NCBI GenBank assembly: GCA_965214705.1
Contig: OZ243972.1
Location: 3,584,001 to 3,648,000 of the forward strand
From: Alphaproteobacteria bacterium
Lineage (GTDB): Bacteria; Pseudomonadota; Alphaproteobacteria; UBA828
DNA length: 64,000 bases
Reading direction: 5' to 3'
A model generated the notes under the pieces. That model ran no database searches, was not told the origin of the DNA, and saw only the letters and a list, made by a program, of their open reading frames with translations. Shown piece by piece: positions 62,039 to 64,000 of the stretch (its first letter is position 1; each line of letters begins with the position of its first letter). A program made the translations under genes and the position numbers.

Positions 62039-63202
62039 ATGGATAGTATGGCGATGCTCTGGAGCGGGCTCGCTGCGGCGGGCGCGGCTCTCTGGCTTTG
62101 CGTCCTGGTGCTGCCCTGGCAACCGTGGCGCGTGCGGGAGCGGCTCGAGCCGGAGCCCGGCCACGATGCCGCGGATATCAGCCTCGAAGACGTGACGGTC
62201 CTGATTCCGGCCCGCGACGAGGCGGCAGTCATCGGCGAGACGCTTGCGGCGCTCGGCCGCCAGGGGCGCGGCCTGCGCGTGGTCCTGGTCGACGACCGCT
62301 CCGGCGACGACACGGCAGAGGTCGCGCGGCAGGCCGCGCCCGAAGCGCTCACCCTCGACGTCCATGCCGGCGGCCGGCTGGCCGAGGGCTGGACCGGCAA
62401 GCTCTGGGCCTTGGAGCAGGGACGGCGCCGGATCGAGACCCCGCTGACGCTGCTGCTGGATGCAGACATCACGCTGCGGCCGGGGATGATCCGGGCGCTG
62501 CTCACTAAGAAGGAGGCAAGCGGCGCGGCGCTCGTCTCGGTGATGGCGGCGCTCAGGATGCGGGGAGGCTGGGAGAAGCTACTGCTGCCCGCCTTCATCT
62601 TCTTCTTTCGCCTGCTTTACCCGTTCCACCTGTCGAACGGGCCGGGCCGGCGGGTCGCCGCGGCGGCTGGTGGCTGTGTCCTGATCGAGACCTCGGTGCT
62701 TGCCCAGATCGGCGGCTTCGGGGCGATCGGGGGCGCGCTCATCGACGACTGCGCGCTGGCGCGGGCGGTCAAGGATGCCGGACACCGGACCTGGATCGGT
62801 GTGAGCCGCGGGGCGGAAAGCCACCGGACCTATCCGACCCTCGGGGTCGTGTGGCGCATGGTCGCCCGCACCGCCTACACCCAGCTCCGCTATTCTCCAG
62901 TGTTGTTGCTGGTCTGCGCGCTGCTCATGGCGCTCACGTTTTGGGCACCGCTTATTGGCCTCGGCGGGCCGCTCGCAGCGCAAATCGCCGGCGGCGTTGG
63001 GCTCGTCGGGATGGCGGTCTGCTACTTGCCGACGGTCCGCTACTACCGTCTCTCCCCCGCCTGGGCGTTGACGATGCCGCTGATCGGCACGCTCTACCTC
63101 GCCATGACCTGGCATTCGGCGCTGCGCGATTGGGGTGGGCAGCGGAGCGAATGGAAGGGCCGAGTCTACGGGCGGGAGCCGAAGGGCGGCCCGGCGGGGT
63201 GA
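62039..63202 (+). CDS. Family 2 glycosyltransferase, hopanoid-associated HpnB-like
   Basis: IPARDEA, VDDRSGD, GWTGKLWA, DADI, LIDDCALA and W.MVARTAYTQLRYS. Confidence 0.85.
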   Translation: MDSMAMLWSGLAAAGAALWLCVLVLPWQPWRVRERLEPEPGHDAADISLEDVTVLIPARDEAAVIGETLAALGRQGRGLRVVLVDDRSGDDTAEVARQAAPEALTLDVHAGGRLAEGWTGKLWALEQGRRRIETPLTLLLDADITLRPGMIRALLTKKEASGAALVSVMAALRMRGGWEKLLLPAFIFFFRLLYPFHLSNGPGRRVAAAAGGCVLIETSVLAQIGGFGAIGGALIDDCALARAVKDAGHRTWIGVSRGAESHRTYPTLGVVWRMVARTAYTQLRYSPVLLLVCALLMALTFWAPLIGLGGPLAAQIAGGVGLVGMAVCYLPTVRYYRLSPAWALTMPLIGTLYLAMTWHSALRDWGGQRSEWKGRVYGREPKGGPAG

Positions 63203-63272
63203 GCGGCCGCGCGAGGCCCGGCGACTGGCGCCTCGCTTGACGCACGCAGGGTGCCGTGTCAGCACGGGGCCC

Positions 63273-63593
63273 ATGTCGCAACCAGCGCAGAAGCGACCGG
63301 ATTCGGCGTGCCGGCTCGTGCGTCTAGCCGAGACCGAGCGGCCGGAGGTCACGATCTATCACGACGGGCAGCCGCTGGAAGCGCTCGCCGGCGACACGCT
63401 GCTGACGGCGTTGCTCTGCAACGGAGTCGCGCTCCGCCGGAACGAGTTCGACGGGGGGCTCCGCGCCGGATTCTGCAACATGGGCGCGTGTCAGGACTGT
63501 TGGGTCGTGCTCGAAAACGGGCGTCGCGCCCGCGCGTGCACGACGGAGGTGCAGGACGGCATGCGCGTGCGCGCGCCCGAATCCGAGACATGA
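63273..63593 (+). CDS. 2Fe-2S ferredoxin-like subunit (HcnA/opine oxidase type)
   Basis: GDTLLTALL and FCNMGACQDC...RACTT.V.DGM. Confidence 0.85.
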   Translation: MSQPAQKRPDSACRLVRLAETERPEVTIYHDGQPLEALAGDTLLTALLCNGVALRRNEFDGGLRAGFCNMGACQDCWVVLENGRRARACTTEVQDGMRVRAPESET

Positions 63594-64000
63594 GCGACGG
63601 CACGCCCAGGGTGCTGATCGTCGGCGCAGGCCCGGCGGGAACGCGGGCGGCGGAGACGCTGGTCGCGCACGGCTTAGCACCGGTCGTGGTCGACGAGAAC
63701 GCGCGCAGCGGCGGACAGATCTATCGCCGGCCGCCGGAGGGCTTCAAGCGGCCGGCCGCCGCGCTCTACGGCTTCGAGGCGGGCAAGGCGCAGGCGGTGC
63801 ACGCGGCGCTCGACGGCTTGCGGGCGCGCATCGACTACCGCCCCGACACCATGATCTGGAACATCGAGGGCGGCGTGGCCCAGGCGCTCGGGCCGGACGG
63901 CATCGAGCGGATCGCGTTCGACGCGCTCATCCTCGCCACCGGGGCCATGGACCGGGTGATCCCGTTTCCGGGCTGGACGCTGCCCGGCGTGTTCACCATG
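63590..64000 (+). CDS. FAD/NAD(P)-binding oxidoreductase subunit (HcnB/OoxA-like), 3' truncated by window edge
   Basis: VLIVGAGPAG, DEN...GGQIYR and LATGA.DR..PFPGWTLPGV; ATGA overlap with the 2Fe-2S gene. Confidence 0.85.
   Translation, partial: MSDGTPRVLIVGAGPAGTRAAETLVAHGLAPVVVDENARSGGQIYRRPPEGFKRPAAALYGFEAGKAQAVHAALDGLRARIDYRPDTMIWNIEGGVAQALGPDGIERIAFDALILATGAMDRVIPFPGWTLPGVFTM

Noticed and set aside
63273-64000. Hydrogen cyanide synthase (hcnAB)
   Set aside because: The same architecture is shared by opine and D-amino acid/hydroxyproline dehydrogenases; the locus is truncated, so it cannot be assigned.

Overview
GC-rich alphaproteobacterial chromosome segment. It is probably from a Rhodospirillales-like lineage, because tRNA-His keeps G-1:C73 and the synteny recO-parC, lgt-MidA-pgeF-prs-rplY-pth-ychF, mfd-sdhE and pepA-holC is conserved. 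Housekeeping and metabolic genes include bioF/bioD, folB, mtnP, hldD, hpnC/hpnD, dxr, pckA, ggt and a CUT1 ABC transporter. Six complete insertion sequences are present (ISKra4-like, IS1634, two IS5, IS1380, IS66), plus an IS5-type MITE; all have recognisable terminal repeats and target duplications. Three ISs split genes that rejoin in frame. Main findings: (1) an IS66-family element carries, inside its terminal repeats, a DPPY-type DNA adenine methyltransferase gene that overlaps the transposase start and is frameshifted at a G7 tract; (2) a LuxR-solo-type regulator and a surface metzincin lipoprotein share an upstream CCCTCC-N4-GGAGGG palindrome at the same lux-box-like position (-42.5); (3) a DUF1538 x2 / P-II / CBS operon contains a hidden 40-aa paralogous microprotein ORF. 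All family assignments come from motif recognition by eye; no searches were run.
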